A stretch of DNA of 61,546 nt, counting the filler, from Sphacelaria rigidula (lineage: Eukaryota): assembly GCA_964200075.2 (NCBI GenBank). It is 11 parts of 11 records of this genome, joined end to end, with 100 filler letters (N's around TTAATTAATTAA, not from the genome) between each part and the next. Parts side by side here need not be neighbours in the genome. Positions count along the whole stretch, not along the records: positions 11,211 to 16,714 come from CAXNAA020026781.1; positions 16,815 to 22,318 come from CAXNAA020026782.1; positions 22,419 to 27,922 come from CAXNAA020026783.1; 8 more parts are not named here. The stretch is one strand, 5' to 3'. Numbering within the stretch: position 1 is the stretch's first letter; each line of letters begins with the position of its first letter. The notes below the pieces were generated by a model. It was given only the letters and a program-made list of their open reading frames with translations, made no database searches and was not told where the DNA came from. Positions 12,116 to 25,311 of the stretch are shown here, in pieces. The translations under genes were made by a program, and so were the position numbers.

Positions 12116-13038
12116 GTAATTGCACGAACGACAGAAATTCATGGGTGTGCCATACGACACTATATACTCGTTATGGGGTTTGGATGTGGGTGGAAAACGT
12201 TGTCAACGGTGTAAGTTGGTATGTTATGTTTCTACCGAGAGCATATGGGTGAAACTCGCTGCACGCGATGCTGTATTAAAGTACGCCCTTCGTGTAGGAA
12301 GCGGAGATCGAAGGCAAGTGAAGAAATATGCTCAAAGCTCTTGTTCACAACTCCTTCATGGCCGCGTTGCAATCTATGTTGCTCTTGAGTAAATCTTCCG
12401 GCGCGTACTACCTACTATTACTGCTATTCTTCTGCATGCGTAACGTACATGCTAAAATGGGCATAACAGCACACCGCAGAACGTGTTTTCCGCCTATAAT
12501 TGCTCGTGTAAGGTGTTCATGCGTGGCACATTTTTCACCTTTTCATCCCTTCTCTCGGGATCGGTCACCGGTCTTGGGATGTCATTTCATCTCTCCCCCG
12601 ATTCTTGCTCGACATTTCATCATCACGCACTGGATGATGACCACTCCCTCAACTCGTCGGCTCCCATCGAATGTACGTTTTCGCTACTCATGTCTTCATG
12701 CCGTTGACGATGGAAACCAGATTCTGTGCGATGTAAAGTGATTCCGGCGGATTTTGAACTCGCGGCATTCGCCCGAACTGAGAGCTGATATATCCGTTTG
12801 ATCGTCTTGGCGCGGCGGTACAGTCTTCCAAGTACACCGTAAATACCTGGAAATGCGACGTCAGCTAGGTTTTTCGGTCTGAATGCATCTACACGAACGC
12901 CTCCACATTTGAATCCGACAGCAACTAACGAATGGTGTTGATGAATCTGTATAGTAAACTCGATCTATCCAGAACGTCGATGGCAGTAGCTTGCGTTTTG
13001 AAAACCGTGATCCTGTTCCCTTGACGCCACCCCTCCAG

Positions 13039-16000
13039 GTATACAAAGCGACGCTCAAGGGAACGGGCGAGGCAGTGGCGGTCAAAATCCAAAGGCCGAA
13101 AGTTTTGGCGACCGTCACGCGCGACCTTTACGTGATCCGCATCATATTGAAGCTCCTTGGGTGGGTGAACACACGAAGAGAGCTTGCCTTCTTTATATAC
13201 GAAAGGGGATGGATATCATTTCGGTTACTCCTCTCGAAGGCATAAGCAAAATCTCCGGGTAGCGTGATGTATGAACATTGTTTTTTTCCGGTTTTACTGA
13301 GATCTGAACCACCATCTAGTTGTAGCTGTTGGTGCATATCTGCACCTAGCCAAGATGCAGTCTTTGCGGTGTGTGTATTTGACATTTGGTGACCATAAGC
13401 TGATTTCGGTCGATGTGACTAGCAGACACATACAAATATATTTTTGTTGGTGTAAGTCTATCTTGGTTGGTGTAAGTCGCAAATATTTTTTGGTTGGTGT
13501 GAATCGCTTCCGGTAGGGGAATGAAGTGCTGATGCGTCTAAAATGACGTTTTTGGTGGTTTTACAGTGGCTGGCTGTTTGAAACAGGCACCCACCTACTG
13601 TTTTCCCCCGAGCGTGCAGAGTTTTTTGGTGAAATACACCACTTGTCTACGAAAGCCGAACTTCAGCGTCGAACAATGGTTAATGGCGGTGACAGTGCTT
13701 TGTACTGACGTCCGAGATCGGTTCTGTTCTGTGTTTGAGAGTGTGTCGACATCTGCCGCTTTGTGTGACACTCACTTCCCTCACAATTGTCATCCTGACT
13801 CGCACGTATGTATCTCGTTTGATTCCAGAAAGTCTGATGGGCGATTGCGTGCGTGAATTTTCATATAAGTATGGTCTAGGCACACTGCGTACATTGCCTG
13901 CGATCCTGGACATATTGTTTTTCTCCGCCAATCAGCACGTTCTATTGCCGCTGGTATCTGTTCGCGATCCACCCTGCTGTTGCACACACTAAAATCAAGA
14001 TGAAAAATAGCACAAAGTTGATAAACGTCTGACTCGTACAAATACTGTGAGCAAACTTCCGAGCATCATTGTTATGGCCGGTGACCCAAAAACCTTTTCG
14101 ATTTCCGCTGTTTTTCGTGTTCGTGTTGGCCTGCGAACTAGTAGTGTATGTGAGTCATGCTACGATAGGGAGGGGAGGGGTGTTCAATTCAACGAAAAAG
14201 AGAACTCATAGGTGTGTCAGGCGACCTGACACCCTCGCGGTGCGCTTGTATTTGGATACAGACGCTGTCAAGCAGTATCAAGGAGCATTCGTTATCGATA
14301 ACACGCGCAATCGAACAACCGTCGCTTTGTTCAACGACGATTTGAGGTAGACTTTCGAGGGAAGAATGGTCCAAACTGTAGCCCCCCCTATACCGTAGCA
14401 TGGCCCATGAGGCGCGTCTGACGAGTTTGATCCATCTTGTCGGCTTGTTTGCTTTGTTTCCCGAAGCGTCGTTCCGATCCTGACCGACGCGGCTCGTTCG
14501 GTCACGAGTCTGATCGACAGCTGGGCGGTGCGGTTCATGGAAGAGATGGACTATACTCTCGAGGCAAATAATGCTGACCGATTCGCCAGAGAAATGTCCA
14601 CGCACAAGTCCCTCGGGAGTGCTGTCAGGGTTCCTTCGGTGAGTGAAATTCACTCCTTGGGTAGAGGGCGTAGTTTTGAGCCAGGACTAGCTTAACGCTG
14701 AAGCTGGAGATCAGGGTAGGACTTAGACTCAGACTTCATTGTGGTTTTGGGACGAAGGATATGGCATGAACTACGGGTAGGAAATGGGCTAGGTTTAGGA
14801 AAAATTCGGAGTAGGAAAATTTTGTTGGGGTCGTTGAGAGTTGTGAGAGGCCGGAATATGGATACGGTAGGGTTTTCATAACTGTCTTCATTCCCTTTTT
14901 GTAAGTGTTGGTATATTTCCAGCGGATGATTTTGCGTACGCAGAACACGCCTTGTGTGTTAACTCGCACACGTGCTCTGCATCTTGAAACAACCTGGTGA
15001 TGTTTTTCATCGGCGCTTTTGGTTTTTCCCCCTTTAAGTGTTGCGTGCAAAATCTTCCCAAAAGGAAAGGCTACGGGGTAAAATATCGCCCCGATCGGTG
15101 AATAACGGCCAAACCAAGGGTACCTGCACATAACCTTTAATCTTGTCTTTCTGACGCGTTTTTCGCGATCACTACGAACGTGTTACCGTTTTGCGAAGGT
15201 ATCAATTGATGAGCTTCTCTATGAACCCACGAAACGTACATTTTGGAAAAACATCACGACTTCAGGTTTTCCGTGATATGACCACAAGATACCTCATCGT
15301 GACGGAGTGGGTGAACGGCGAGAAGGCGTCCAACCTGGAGGCCACGACCCCTGAAGGGAAAGCATGCCTGGCTACATTGCAGGTACCCCAAGATGACGGC
15401 GGAGAGAGTGTGTGGGGCGAAGCGTGTATGGTATGCTTTAGCTGTCAGGCCACAGATGAAGCGTCCTTCCATGACTAGCCATCGTTGCTGGGGAGAGAGG
15501 AGATACCTTGAATGGATGGTTTGATTTTGATGCTAGTGTGGATTCGAAGGACTACTGAAACTGTTCATACATTCCCATCGGATAAAGTCAATGATTCATT
15601 ATTTGTCGTTTCGGCTGATTCATCAGAATGACCAAACCTTGCTGATTCTACCCGGGGGGGAACTGTATATGAAGGAAGAAGCGTCAAAGAGGCGTTGATG
15701 TGCTCGATCGAGAGCAATGATATTGTATATTTATGTAGCTAGCTTGACAATAGCGTGCCTGAGGACACACCACTCTCTCAACCGAAAGTATTCTACAGTA
15801 GTGGGCGTTTAACTGTTTCGAGGTGTTTCGGGGTTTTCCTCGCGTACTACTCTTCGATAGAACTTGAAATTGTTAGCGTCGACAGATTTTGGTAAAACAA
15901 AACAGATCATCTTGGAAACACAGTGCCCAAGTCAGTGTTAGTTGGTGTTATCGGGCGAAACGAGTCAATACCCCGTTTACCAGGAGGGTGTTATTGACCG

Positions 16001-16629
16001 TGAAACACAGTTTTCCGGCCCTAGTGCACTGAGTAGGCAGAACTTCAAAAAACTAAAACCGTACATTTCCTGAAAAATATCATCCGGACGGGCTCGATCG
16101 ACCGAAAATACAGAAGAGTAAGAATCTGGACTGAAATGTGGCAGGACCCCCGATGACCGGTCAGCTCGTAAGTCCCTCAATATTGAGTACATATGAGTTT
16201 TTGTTCTTGGAATGTAGAGCGGATACAAATGTCTTCAGATCCCCGATGTGATAAGGGGTGGCGAGCGAAAAGAGCCCAAGAAAAATTGCCGATGACGAAA
16301 AAATCACAAAATGCCACGAAATGAATAGTCAGACCGCCCACTACTGTACCCTGATTTAGTTTCACCGTCCACGAACCGTGTGAGTCTGCTAAGACAATAC
16401 ACTACTTGCTCGATCAGCCTCTACCTAAGGGGTTCGTTGCGTAAACATCCATGGTGCACGTCCTCAACTACCTCCGATATGGTCTCTCTGTCAGCAGGCT
16501 ACTTTGCTCAACTCGTACCTGGTGCAACTACTAGATAACGGGTTTCTTCACGCAGACCCACACCCAGGGAACTTCTTGCTTCAGGAAGACGGGACTCTGT
16601 GTGTGCTAGACTTCGGTCTCATGACTGAG
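13039..16629 (+). CDS. ABC1/UbiB (ABC1K/ADCK) atypical protein kinase, four internal exons
   Basis: Exons 13039-13160 (VYKATLK...VAVKIQRP...RDL), 14467-14638 (FMEEMDYTLEANNADRF), 15266-15382 (LIVTEWVNG) and 16498-16629 (GFLHADPHPGNFLL...LDFGLM). All AG/GT bounded with matching phases (2,0,0). Motifs are diagnostic of the ABC1 kinase family. Confidence 0.96.
14152..14406. mobile_element. MITE, ATGCTACG-TIR family (Sola-like), intronic
   Basis: Left GAGTCATGCTACGATAGGG; right end reverse complement GGGCCATGCTACGGTATAGGG; flanks ATGT/ATGA (imperfect 4-bp TSD). Confidence 0.65.
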
Positions 16630-16637
16630 GTGGGTCC

Positions 16638-16714
16638 CGGGGAGGGGGAGGGGGGCGTACTCATTTGTTGCTTGCCTTAGTCGTGTGACCATTGACCACG
16701 CATCCCTTTCGAGA
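16638..16714 (-). mobile_element. LINE 3' end, subfamily A, cut by contig end
   Basis: Minus strand reads SRKGCVVNGHTTKASNK-TGA, then GTACG and a C tract. Lies about 10 nt after the kinase exon donor. Confidence 0.85.
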
Positions 16715-16815
16715 NNNNNNNNNNNNNNNNNNNNNNNNNNNNNNNNNNNNNNNNNNNNTTAATTAATTAANNNNNNNNNNNNNNNNNNNNNNNNNNNNNN
16801 NNNNNNNNNNNNNNC

Positions 16816-18441
16816 AACAGCAAAGACGATAACAGCATCATCATCAGCAACAAGGAAAACACCGGCAGCATCAACCGTAACACGGAACATCACAGCGGCA
16901 GCAAGACGGCCACTGCCACAGACAACAAGGCGATGATGCAGAGTACACTCGAAGACAAGCACTGCCATGATGACATCAACCTCTCTGCCCCAGTCCAAAT
17001 CAAGCATGCTGGTGCGGTCAAAGATGCCGACAAACTGTACAAGGTGGCAGCGCGCAACCTCCGTCACGACTACGCAGTGCAGTCCATGACCCCCGCCAAC
17101 CTCAAGAAGATCATGGCTCTGCTCGAGCTCCGCCCTCGCCGTCTCGTGATGCAAGGTTTGGCTCCTCGGCAGCTGCTGAGAGGAACGAGCCGGCAGGATA
17201 CGACCGAGTCTGAAGGCGACGACACCAATGTCATGGCTGCGGCGTGGGAGTGCATGGATATTAACAACGGCGACAGCAGCGACAGCAGCGACAGCCACGA
17301 CCGTGATGAGAGAGAGGCCCAAGAGGACATGACTGAGAGCGGTTGGGACGATGGACAACAGCCTTCCGGAGGAGACAGCACCTCCGACTCGGACGATTAC
17401 GACAACAAGGCTCAACACCGCCGTGGAGACAGCAAGGCAAGGCACCCTATCCACGCGGCCCTGATCGCCGGCGGCATCGACATACGCCCTTGCGAGACTA
17501 GGCGTCTGCTTCACGCGCTCGGTGTGGGACCTGGTCGTCTGGTTCGACTGGGGCTGGTTGATCGTGAGGCCCTGACTGCCATGCACGGAGAGAGGGAGCG
17601 GCGTCGCGGTCACGGCGTCCACGAAGGAAAGCGCCGGGGCGGTCCCTCGCTCGGCCACCCCGCCTTCCCTCCACCGCACCCCCATGGTCACGGTCACGGT
17701 GGTGGTCACCAGCGCGACGGGGGCGGAGGCGAGGGCCGCCATGGGCGTCGCGGGCCATGCCACCACAGGCTTGAGCACGGCAGCCTTTCCCACGGACGCG
17801 GCGGCGGGCTGTGGCAGGGCGCCGCGTACTTTTCCTGCCGGGAACCTCATGGCCCTCATGGGCATGGTCACTGCAGCGAGGCGCACAGCGGGATGCACGG
17901 GCGGCGTCACGGCGGGCCCGGGCACGGCAGGCACGACATGCACGGCGGGAGCGGAGACGAGCACCGCCACCCGCCCCACGGCCGCGTTCAACACCGCGGC
18001 GGGTTGGAGCACGGCGGATGGCCTTGCGGTCATCCTTATCCGTCGGGGCGCAGAGACGAGGGTTCGTCATCGCCACCACGTCACGGGCCGGGTCACCGCA
18101 GCGGACCAATGTACGATACAAGCGATGATGGCGACATGCACGGGCCTCTTCGTCACGGTGGGCGTTTCCGTGGACACGGAGGCGGACCCAGACGTGGCGG
18201 GGGGCTCATGCACATGCGGCTGAGCGATGAAGATTCGTCCGGACTTGCCCATCATGGCGGTCGCCGCGGAGGCCGCGGCCATCCGGTGGAGCGCGAGGGT
18301 GGCGAACACCAGCATGTCCGCCGTGGGGCTCATGGGCGTCATGGACCGCCGCACTGCGGGCACTTCCACGAGCGTCGCACCGCCGGTGGCGGCGGAGGTC
18401 GTGGGGCGCCGAGGATGGGTGGATACGTGGTGGCCTACTAG
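16816..18441 (+). CDS. His/Gly/Arg-rich protein of unknown function (large terminal exon, open from contig start)
   Basis: Frame is stop-free from 16816 to TAG at 18441 with GC-rich coding-like codons. Two related helical modules, an acidic Asp/Ser linker and a long His/Gly/Arg tail with RGG motifs. Confidence 0.85.
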   Translation, partial: NSKDDNSIIISNKENTGSINRNTEHHSGSKTATATDNKAMMQSTLEDKHCHDDINLSAPVQIKHAGAVKDADKLYKVAARNLRHDYAVQSMTPANLKKIMALLELRPRRLVMQGLAPRQLLRGTSRQDTTESEGDDTNVMAAAWECMDINNGDSSDSSDSHDRDEREAQEDMTESGWDDGQQPSGGDSTSDSDDYDNKAQHRRGDSKARHPIHAALIAGGIDIRPCETRRLLHALGVGPGRLVRLGLVDREALTAMHGERERRRGHGVHEGKRRGGPSLGHPAFPPPHPHGHGHGGGHQRDGGGGEGRHGRRGPCHHRLEHGSLSHGRGGGLWQGAAYFSCREPHGPHGHGHCSEAHSGMHGRRHGGPGHGRHDMHGGSGDEHRHPPHGRVQHRGGLEHGGWPCGHPYPSGRRDEGSSSPPRHGPGHRSGPMYDTSDDGDMHGPLRHGGRFRGHGGGPRRGGGLMHMRLSDEDSSGLAHHGGRRGGRGHPVEREGGEHQHVRRGAHGRHGPPHCGHFHERRTAGGGGGRGAPRMGGYVVAY

Positions 18442-21400
18442 AGGAGATTGGTCTTACGAACATGAGTTTTCACGGGGCTTGGCTGGGTGAGGAGGAGCTC
18501 AGTGGAGTCTGCAGGGTATACTGCAGAGACTGTGTTCTTTGTTGTCGTCTTTTTGTGTGTCATTTGCAAATGTGGCAGAGGCGTCCCTCGGGAAAACCGA
18601 TACGAGGAATGGAGAGCCTTTCCTCTGTCCGTGTGCAATTGTTTTTTCTTGTGTTTGCCCACGCACATGAAACGTCGGTCGTATCGTTTATCGGCCGGCG
18701 TTCGTGGCCGTGACGGGATGCGAGCGGAGGTGGCCGCAGCCACGGTGTGTGGACGCGAGGGGCCTGGTCGATGGGGGTGAGCTGGCTTGGGATTAGGAAA
18801 AGCCCGGGCTTCGGCGGGTGAGGTTTAAGTGTCATGGTGGGAGTGACGGGCGGGGTTGTGTGACTTCGAGGTGCATGCCACACAAGAAGAGAAAATAATA
18901 CACGTGAAAGAAACGATGTATGTGATGTATGGCGTCCCTGCTGGCCAAGGTCTGTCGTCGACAGGCGGAGTGGTCTAGGGGACTGTGTGGGTGGGTTGGT
19001 GAAGGTTTTTTAGTGAGTTGGAGTCTCACACTGCCTGCGATAGAGACTACCACGGTACAGCACACATGTGCGATAGTGGTATGAGTCCCGACGTTGGCGC
19101 CTAAGCCGGAGCGAGAGATGGCCGTCTATCTGACTGTCTTGTCTGTCGCTGGATGGGTCCGTGATGGAAGCGTGCATGCTTCCAACATGGTAACCATCAT
19201 ACGAAAGCGAGTGATTGCACGGATCGTTCGTATAAGTATCGGTGAGAGGTTTTTTGTCCTAGTTTTCCTGCAGAGGGAAACTGAAAAAAAAAAAAAAAAG
19301 AGGGGGAGTGACAAAACGCACGTGAGAAGCCCGCCAACTGGCGGGNNNNNNNNNNGGTTAGAGGTTTTTTGTCCTAGTTTTCCTGCAGAGGGAAACAAAA
19401 AAAAAAAAAAAAAGTGGTGTAGTGACAAGTCGCACGTGCGTAGGCGCCTAGATGGGGTGGCGACACTGCGATATCACCAAGGCATGGAAGCTGAGGTGTT
19501 TTTTCGGTTGGAGGAAGCACACCTGCGGAGAACCCGATCTTATGTGCAGAGACTGCTTTTGTTTTCGTGCAGTGTGCGTCGTCGTTCGTTTCTTCCCTGA
19601 ATCTCGCGTCCGTAGTGTTTTGTGATATACAGACAACTGTTGACCTGTTCTTACAGCCTTGTTATTTGTACGGTCTCCTCCGGTGAAGCCCCGGCAGAAT
19701 GTTGCGGGCGTTTTTATTGTATGAAGCGGAACTAGTGTGTAACCTGGCACCTAGTCGGTTTGCTTCATGTGTTTCATCTCTCGTCTCCTACGGGCTGGGC
19801 CGGCCGTAGAATGTTGATATCCCGGACACACGACAACTTTGTTCAACTTTCATCAGTTTCCCGAATCAGCCTGATGTAAGTATGTCGCTGCGAACTGCAG
19901 ACCAACGTGGTTATGCATGGTGTGCCTGTAAAAAAAGAAGACGAGAGGAAAATGTACTCCATAATAGATGGCAATGGGACAGCACATAACGTCTTCCTCT
20001 CCTTTGACCGCCTAGGATCAACTTGTTCCTCGCGAAGAGGACAACGAACGGGTAGCGGTGAGGACTTTCTGACCGTTCGTCAACCGTGCTATTTCTTGAC
20101 GCAAATCTGCCTCAACAGTGTATTTACGACGACGGAGCACATCGATGTAGTACCCATTCCCCCCTCCCCATTTTGTGCTCCGCCTTCCGTGTACAGCTGT
20201 TGCCTGCCCTGGGAGAACTCCGAGCAGATTATCCTGCCGCCTACACCCAGCATTTCTTCACCTCCCGCCCAAGATGAAGAAAAGGTCAAATCTCCGCAGG
20301 GTCCCTCGCAGCCCAGTCAACACAGACATCCACTACTGTATACATCACATGTCAATGGAAAAGTAATACCAATTTGATGATATGAGTACCAAGAATGGCG
20401 TGTACATGAAGTGTGTGCATGTATGCATACGTCAGACAGGTGATGAGGTCACCAATAATCACTCCTCATTATCATGCTGACCCGGATCATGAGGCAGCTT
20501 TCTTGGCCCGCGTTCCTATATTTCTTCCCCTTGAAAAATAAAATTGAAACAACCTTTCCCTCATCCATTCAATCCCAACGAACCAATGAAGTAGTCATCG
20601 TGTAGTATCTCACAGGGTATATTGTTTCGTCCTCAACCACTCCCACCCAAGCCCCAACAAACATTCGAACCCTTCTCTATTCAACACTGATACTACCACC
20701 TGAAATTCAACCAACCATCCAATAAATCCCAACCCATTAATTGATGAAATAAATTCAATGGATCAACCAACAGACAAATATCGAAAATTCTGGCTATTGT
20801 TACAATCCTTTTTGATAATTGATCAACAAACACTGACAAAAACCGAAACGTCTGGCGAGCTTTGCGAGGTTGGTATATTTGCCTCTGCTCTTTGCCCGTC
20901 CTGTCCCGATGACCTCGGATGCCGGCAACGCTCACACAGATCTATGTACAATACGCGAGCGCACGGTAGCGACAGCCTGTAGTCAAAGTAGCAACATTAT
21001 CTCACACCTCGCCCAATTTGCCCGGACTGCTAGTGGTAAATAGTTGAGGCACGCGACACGGGACAGGATCCCATAAATGTATTCATGGTAGGTGATGAGC
21101 TTGGAGGGGGTATAATCGAAACCTTTCTTTTCCACCGCACCTTTTAGACCGAAGAATAATTTCCCTAGACATGGATTGAGTACAGCAAGGAAGGACACAT
21201 TGTACTGTATTACTGGAGATGCACGCATACATGCAGATTTGATTTTCTTTAACGAAGCGTTTCTCCTCAATCTCGGGTCATTTCACTCGTTCTTGCTACC
21301 CTCTTTTGTCCTCCCGCCTGCGGTATGTTTGTTTATGTAGGTACAACATGCTGAGCTTCCTATACAGTATGGTACTTGTACTTTGTCGTGATGCAATGAA

Positions 21401-21719
21401 ATAGTTCTCTGTCCCACAAGTTACTATCATGTTTTTGCCTTTAACTCATGACACATGGAGTCTTATTTTCTCAGCTCAATTTGGAGAGTTATGAGTTATG
21501 CTATGAACTATGAAATGGACAATCGTAAGGGCATGACAGATGAAGCAAAACTTTTGGGACCTTGACTAATTTTCATGAGTTAATAATGTTTTCGTGAAAA
21601 ATGGTCCTTACTATACATTGTACAAGCGTCCTAAACTCACGCAAAAAAAAACAGCACCCCACAGCCGTTTTAATTCGTTATGCCCTTGCGATTCCTGACA
21701 CAAATTTCCAGGGAGGGAT

Positions 21720-22060
21720 ACATGACACGTGACACAGCGTGACACGTGACGTGAACGTGACGTTTTGGGCGTCACATCACGTTCACGTTAAAATTTTTCA
21801 ACGTGATTAACGTCACGTTCACGTCACGTTAAACTTCCAGATGGCACGTTCACGTCACGTTAAATTTCACGAACGTGACACGCGTCACGTGTCACGTCAC
21901 GTTCAATTGCCCAAACGTTCATATCACGTATTATGTAACGTGACATGTCACGTGTCACGTATATTATACGTGACACGTGAATTATACGTGACACGTGAAT
22001 TATACGTGACACGTGACATGAAACGTCACATATTACGTTACACGTTACATAATACGTCAT
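21720..22060. repeat. ACGT/CACGTG-motif array, probable DNA-transposon subterminal repeats
   Basis: Dense ACGTGAC/CACGTT motifs plus a 19-bp tandem TTATACGTGACACGTGAA. Same motif vocabulary as the hAT MITE at 24189-24398. Confidence 0.7.
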
Positions 22061-22670
22061 AAACATGTTTCATGAAGCGGTGAACACTTCGACTCTGGAA
22101 TGAAATTTGAAATCCTAAAAGATTGAAGATTGTGCTTCAAGATACACGTGTGAGTTTGAGCGACCACGGTATAGAACATACTCTGTCGGCAGGTTCGCGC
22201 TCTGCCGCTCTGCCCCACAGCTGACATTACAAGTCATCATCGCAGCACAGCACCACAACATCATGATCATCTCGACCATAGTCACATCAAGATATCAAGG
22301 GACCAGATGTAACATACTNNNNNNNNNNNNNNNNNNNNNNNNNNNNNNNNNNNNNNNNNNNNTTAATTAATTAANNNNNNNNNNNNNNNNNNNNNNNNNN
22401 NNNNNNNNNNNNNNNNNNAAATGTTCTGACAGTACTCCCATGGTGTCGACCAGTTGTAGATAATTCAAGGATGATCACCTGGTGCCTGCTTAGGCAGTGC
22501 CCGCGTCCGAACAGCTCTCGAGGGGCAATCTCTAAAGGTCGGCATAATGCACAGCAACACAGGTAGAGGCGACGAACGAGAATCTCGTGAAGATGGTGTC
22601 GCTAAAGAAAGTAGTCAACAAGTCACAGTTCTGTATTATTTTTTCGTGCTGGCATAATCTGTTCCAATTT

Positions 22671-22905
22671 AAGTCGACCTCACGGTCGACGAGGGAAAGG
22701 GAGTGCGGAACCCCTCTGTCGATAAAATAAATATATCAGGGAAGCACCGCCGCAGTAGGAAGGTGGAGAACTAGAACAAATAAAAAATTAAAAGAAATCC
22801 GGTGTTGGCCTTCCTCCTGTGTGACTGCGGCTCGTGCGCCCATACATACCGAAAGGTGTAGACTGGCGTCCAGCACAGATGGGACAACACAGACACAGAC
22901 ACAGC
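22671..22905 (+). mobile_element. tRNA-SINE, 5'-truncated copy
   Basis: Reverse complement of the 2033-2410 body (GAAGGTGG...CCGAAAGGTGTAGACTGGCGTCCAG...GGGACAACACAGACACAG tail). Confidence 0.8.
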
Positions 22906-24188
22906 AAATACAGACGTTGCTCAGCCAAGGCTCGACGTACCCCTACCACCTGCCGTGCAGCCATAGCATACACAGCTTGTACTCGTACACAAGCCTGGCA
23001 CAAGCCGGGAAAAGCCATTCATGCAGGTGCTGCACAGTACAGTACCTACTATCGTCATTATCCATATGATCAGGGGGGTACCTACCCATCCAAAATGGGG
23101 TACCCCCCCACCCGTCGCCCAGAATGAGATTTTCGGAAATTGGGGGCGGTGAATAACGTATTCCAGTCTGTAAGGCCCCTTGCATCGATCCGTATTGCGC
23201 GTACTCTGGATGATGTTATTCTTCACGGTACCAATCTTGGTATCGCCTGTAGAGGTGCTCACTTCAGGAGACACGGCCGTGCAAGCGCTGTCAGTGCTTT
23301 TACGTGCTGAAACTTCGACCACATGTCATGTAGACTACAGACAACAACCCCATCTTGCTGAATCTGGGGTTGCGAGGTGTGTGCGTGCGTGTTGGGGCTA
23401 AAAGATGTCGGATTCTGTTGCGATTTTTTTTCTTTTCTTTTGGCGTAAGACTGTTATCCTCCTGCTGTTGTAACCCTGTGTACAGGTGTACAGCAACGTC
23501 AGTCACAGGTGTGTTGTAGAATGTACTATAGCAATAGTACATTTTGTGTGAGCTCGGTCGTCATTTCGAGTGACGCGTGTACTTGTGATTGATACTGATT
23601 GGCTCACTTAGGTTTCATTTCTTCTGCATTCAACTGACTGTGTAGTTGGTCGGTCCATTTTCCAGGTACATAGTGCCCAAAATCGGGCCTTAATCACCCC
23701 CATAACTGTTGTGTGTGTGTTATTCTTTGAGCTCAACCCATCAGGTACCACCCGTCGCTGTTTACGCCGGGTCACGACACTTGTGTCTTTCCCCGAGTTC
23801 CGCATGAAGGAGGGACGTTTCAAATTTGATCATTCTTCGCTTTTATACGATACAAGGTCCCTTGCCGGCCTTCTGCCGGCATCGATCCCTTTTTTTGCGA
23901 GTCACGCCTGACGCGTTATAAACAGCCAAGCCCTCGTGTCATTTAGTTAATAGTTGGTGTTTTTGTCTTGATCCGGAGGCTGAAAAAAGGATTATTATTA
24001 AACTTGGAACAAAAATAGGGGGCGCGGGGGAAGGAGTTCATGTCTCGAGTGGAGGACTCAAGTACTACACCTGATAGAGTTTGCCTTCGGATCGAGACTT
24101 TTCACGCAGGTTCATCGTCAGCGTCCATTGTCCTCGTGTTTCATCGCCAGCGATACCCATTGGTATAGTCAGCTCACATCGAAATGAT

Positions 24189-24398
24189 CAGGGCTATACA
24201 CGTTACACGTGCCATAGCGTTAACACAATACGTTCACGTTACGTTTTGGCCGAAACGTAACGTGAACGTTTTTTTTTTTTTACGTGATGAACGTAATGTT
24301 AATTTTTTTCACGTGACACACTTCACGTAACGTGAACGTTAAAAAAAGATACGTGATGAAAGTAACGTGAACGTGAGCGTGTAACGTGTATAGCACTG
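24189..24398. mobile_element. hAT MITE with perfect 8-bp TSD
   Basis: 21-bp TIR CAG(G/T)GCTATACACGTTACACG at both ends, flanked by the direct repeat GAAATGAT (24181-24188 and 24399-24406). CAG ends with an 8-bp TSD are the hAT signature. Confidence 0.93.
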
Positions 24399-24932
24399 GA
24401 AATGATAAAGCGAGCGGTTCAGCGAGGGCACGGGCAGTAACGCGCAACGAATCCGCGCATTGGACCCCTAGTATCAGGATTTATCTGTTTTTTCCGCCGG
24501 GATGCGCGGGCAGCATTTCAGTGCGTATATTTGCTCAGCCAAATTCATCACATCTTGAAGAACCTCAAGCACACAGTAGTGTGGATTGTGGTCACACGTT
24601 TTCGTCCGTGTCATCGCCGGCGTAAACCATCTCTTTTGTTTCTGTCATGTGGTTGATATACAACATCCCCCGATGGGAAACAAAATCGATCTGCCGAGGT
24701 TCAAGCTCACCTCAACACATTGCATCGCCAACGAGAAACACAAAACATGTTCTACCCAGATTTTTTACGGTAGACTACTCAGTGTTATGTTGTGCAAATC
24801 ATCACCTTGCGTGTTCCCGGCTCATAGAGCCCTTCCCCTCACGCGGACACACGCTCTATTTCATCGTCCCCTCACACGGCTACCCGCTTTATTTTATTGG
24901 CGATGAAGGCATTTGAGGCTACTACCCCTCGG

Positions 24933-25311
24933 TGTGGGAGAAGTAGTCTGTGGGAGCCACGGACTTGGCCGTGGGAAGTGCCTAGACAGTTCGTTCTTGT
25001 GTGGAGAGAGCCTCCAGGGCCGTGATGAGAAGTAAACTCCAGGGGGTGTGGGAAGAAACACCGGCTAGAGTTGGAGTATGATTATTACTCCGGGGACGGG
25101 ATAGGCAATGACAAGAGAGGACAGACCAGTGTTTAGAGGAAACATTCCCGGAACTGTGCCGGAGACATGAACATTCATGGAACGGAGCGGAGGGATCCAT
25201 AAGATATTATCGGGAACTATGCCGAGGGAGATCTGAGAATTGGTCCCATCGTGGTTGTGGACACATGTAAGACTTGTGGACTACCCTGGTACTCACACAT
25301 TTCCCCCCCAG
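24933..25311 (-). mobile_element. Putative 3' LTR with polypurine tract
   Basis: Minus strand: PPT GGGGGGGAAA then TGTGTGAG at 25299. Other end at 24933 is TGTGGGAG on plus (7/8 inverted match, TG...CA). Confidence 0.55.

Noticed and set aside
15603..15630. Hammerhead-like core CTGATGA...CGAAAC on minus; also GA-GCC-loop-GGC-GAAA in LINE subfamily B
   Set aside because: Stems II and III do not pair here and the LINE motif lacks canonical CUGANGA. An Infernal search with hammerhead models would settle it.
16759..18369. Long antisense and alternate-frame ORFs (424, 207, 179 aa) over the His-rich gene
   Set aside because: Expected shadow ORFs of GC-rich low-complexity coding sequence; no independent motifs.
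19241..19440. ~90-bp direct duplication either side of a 10-N gap
   Set aside because: Could be a collapsed tandem repeat or a scaffolding/haplotype artefact; cannot be resolved without reads.
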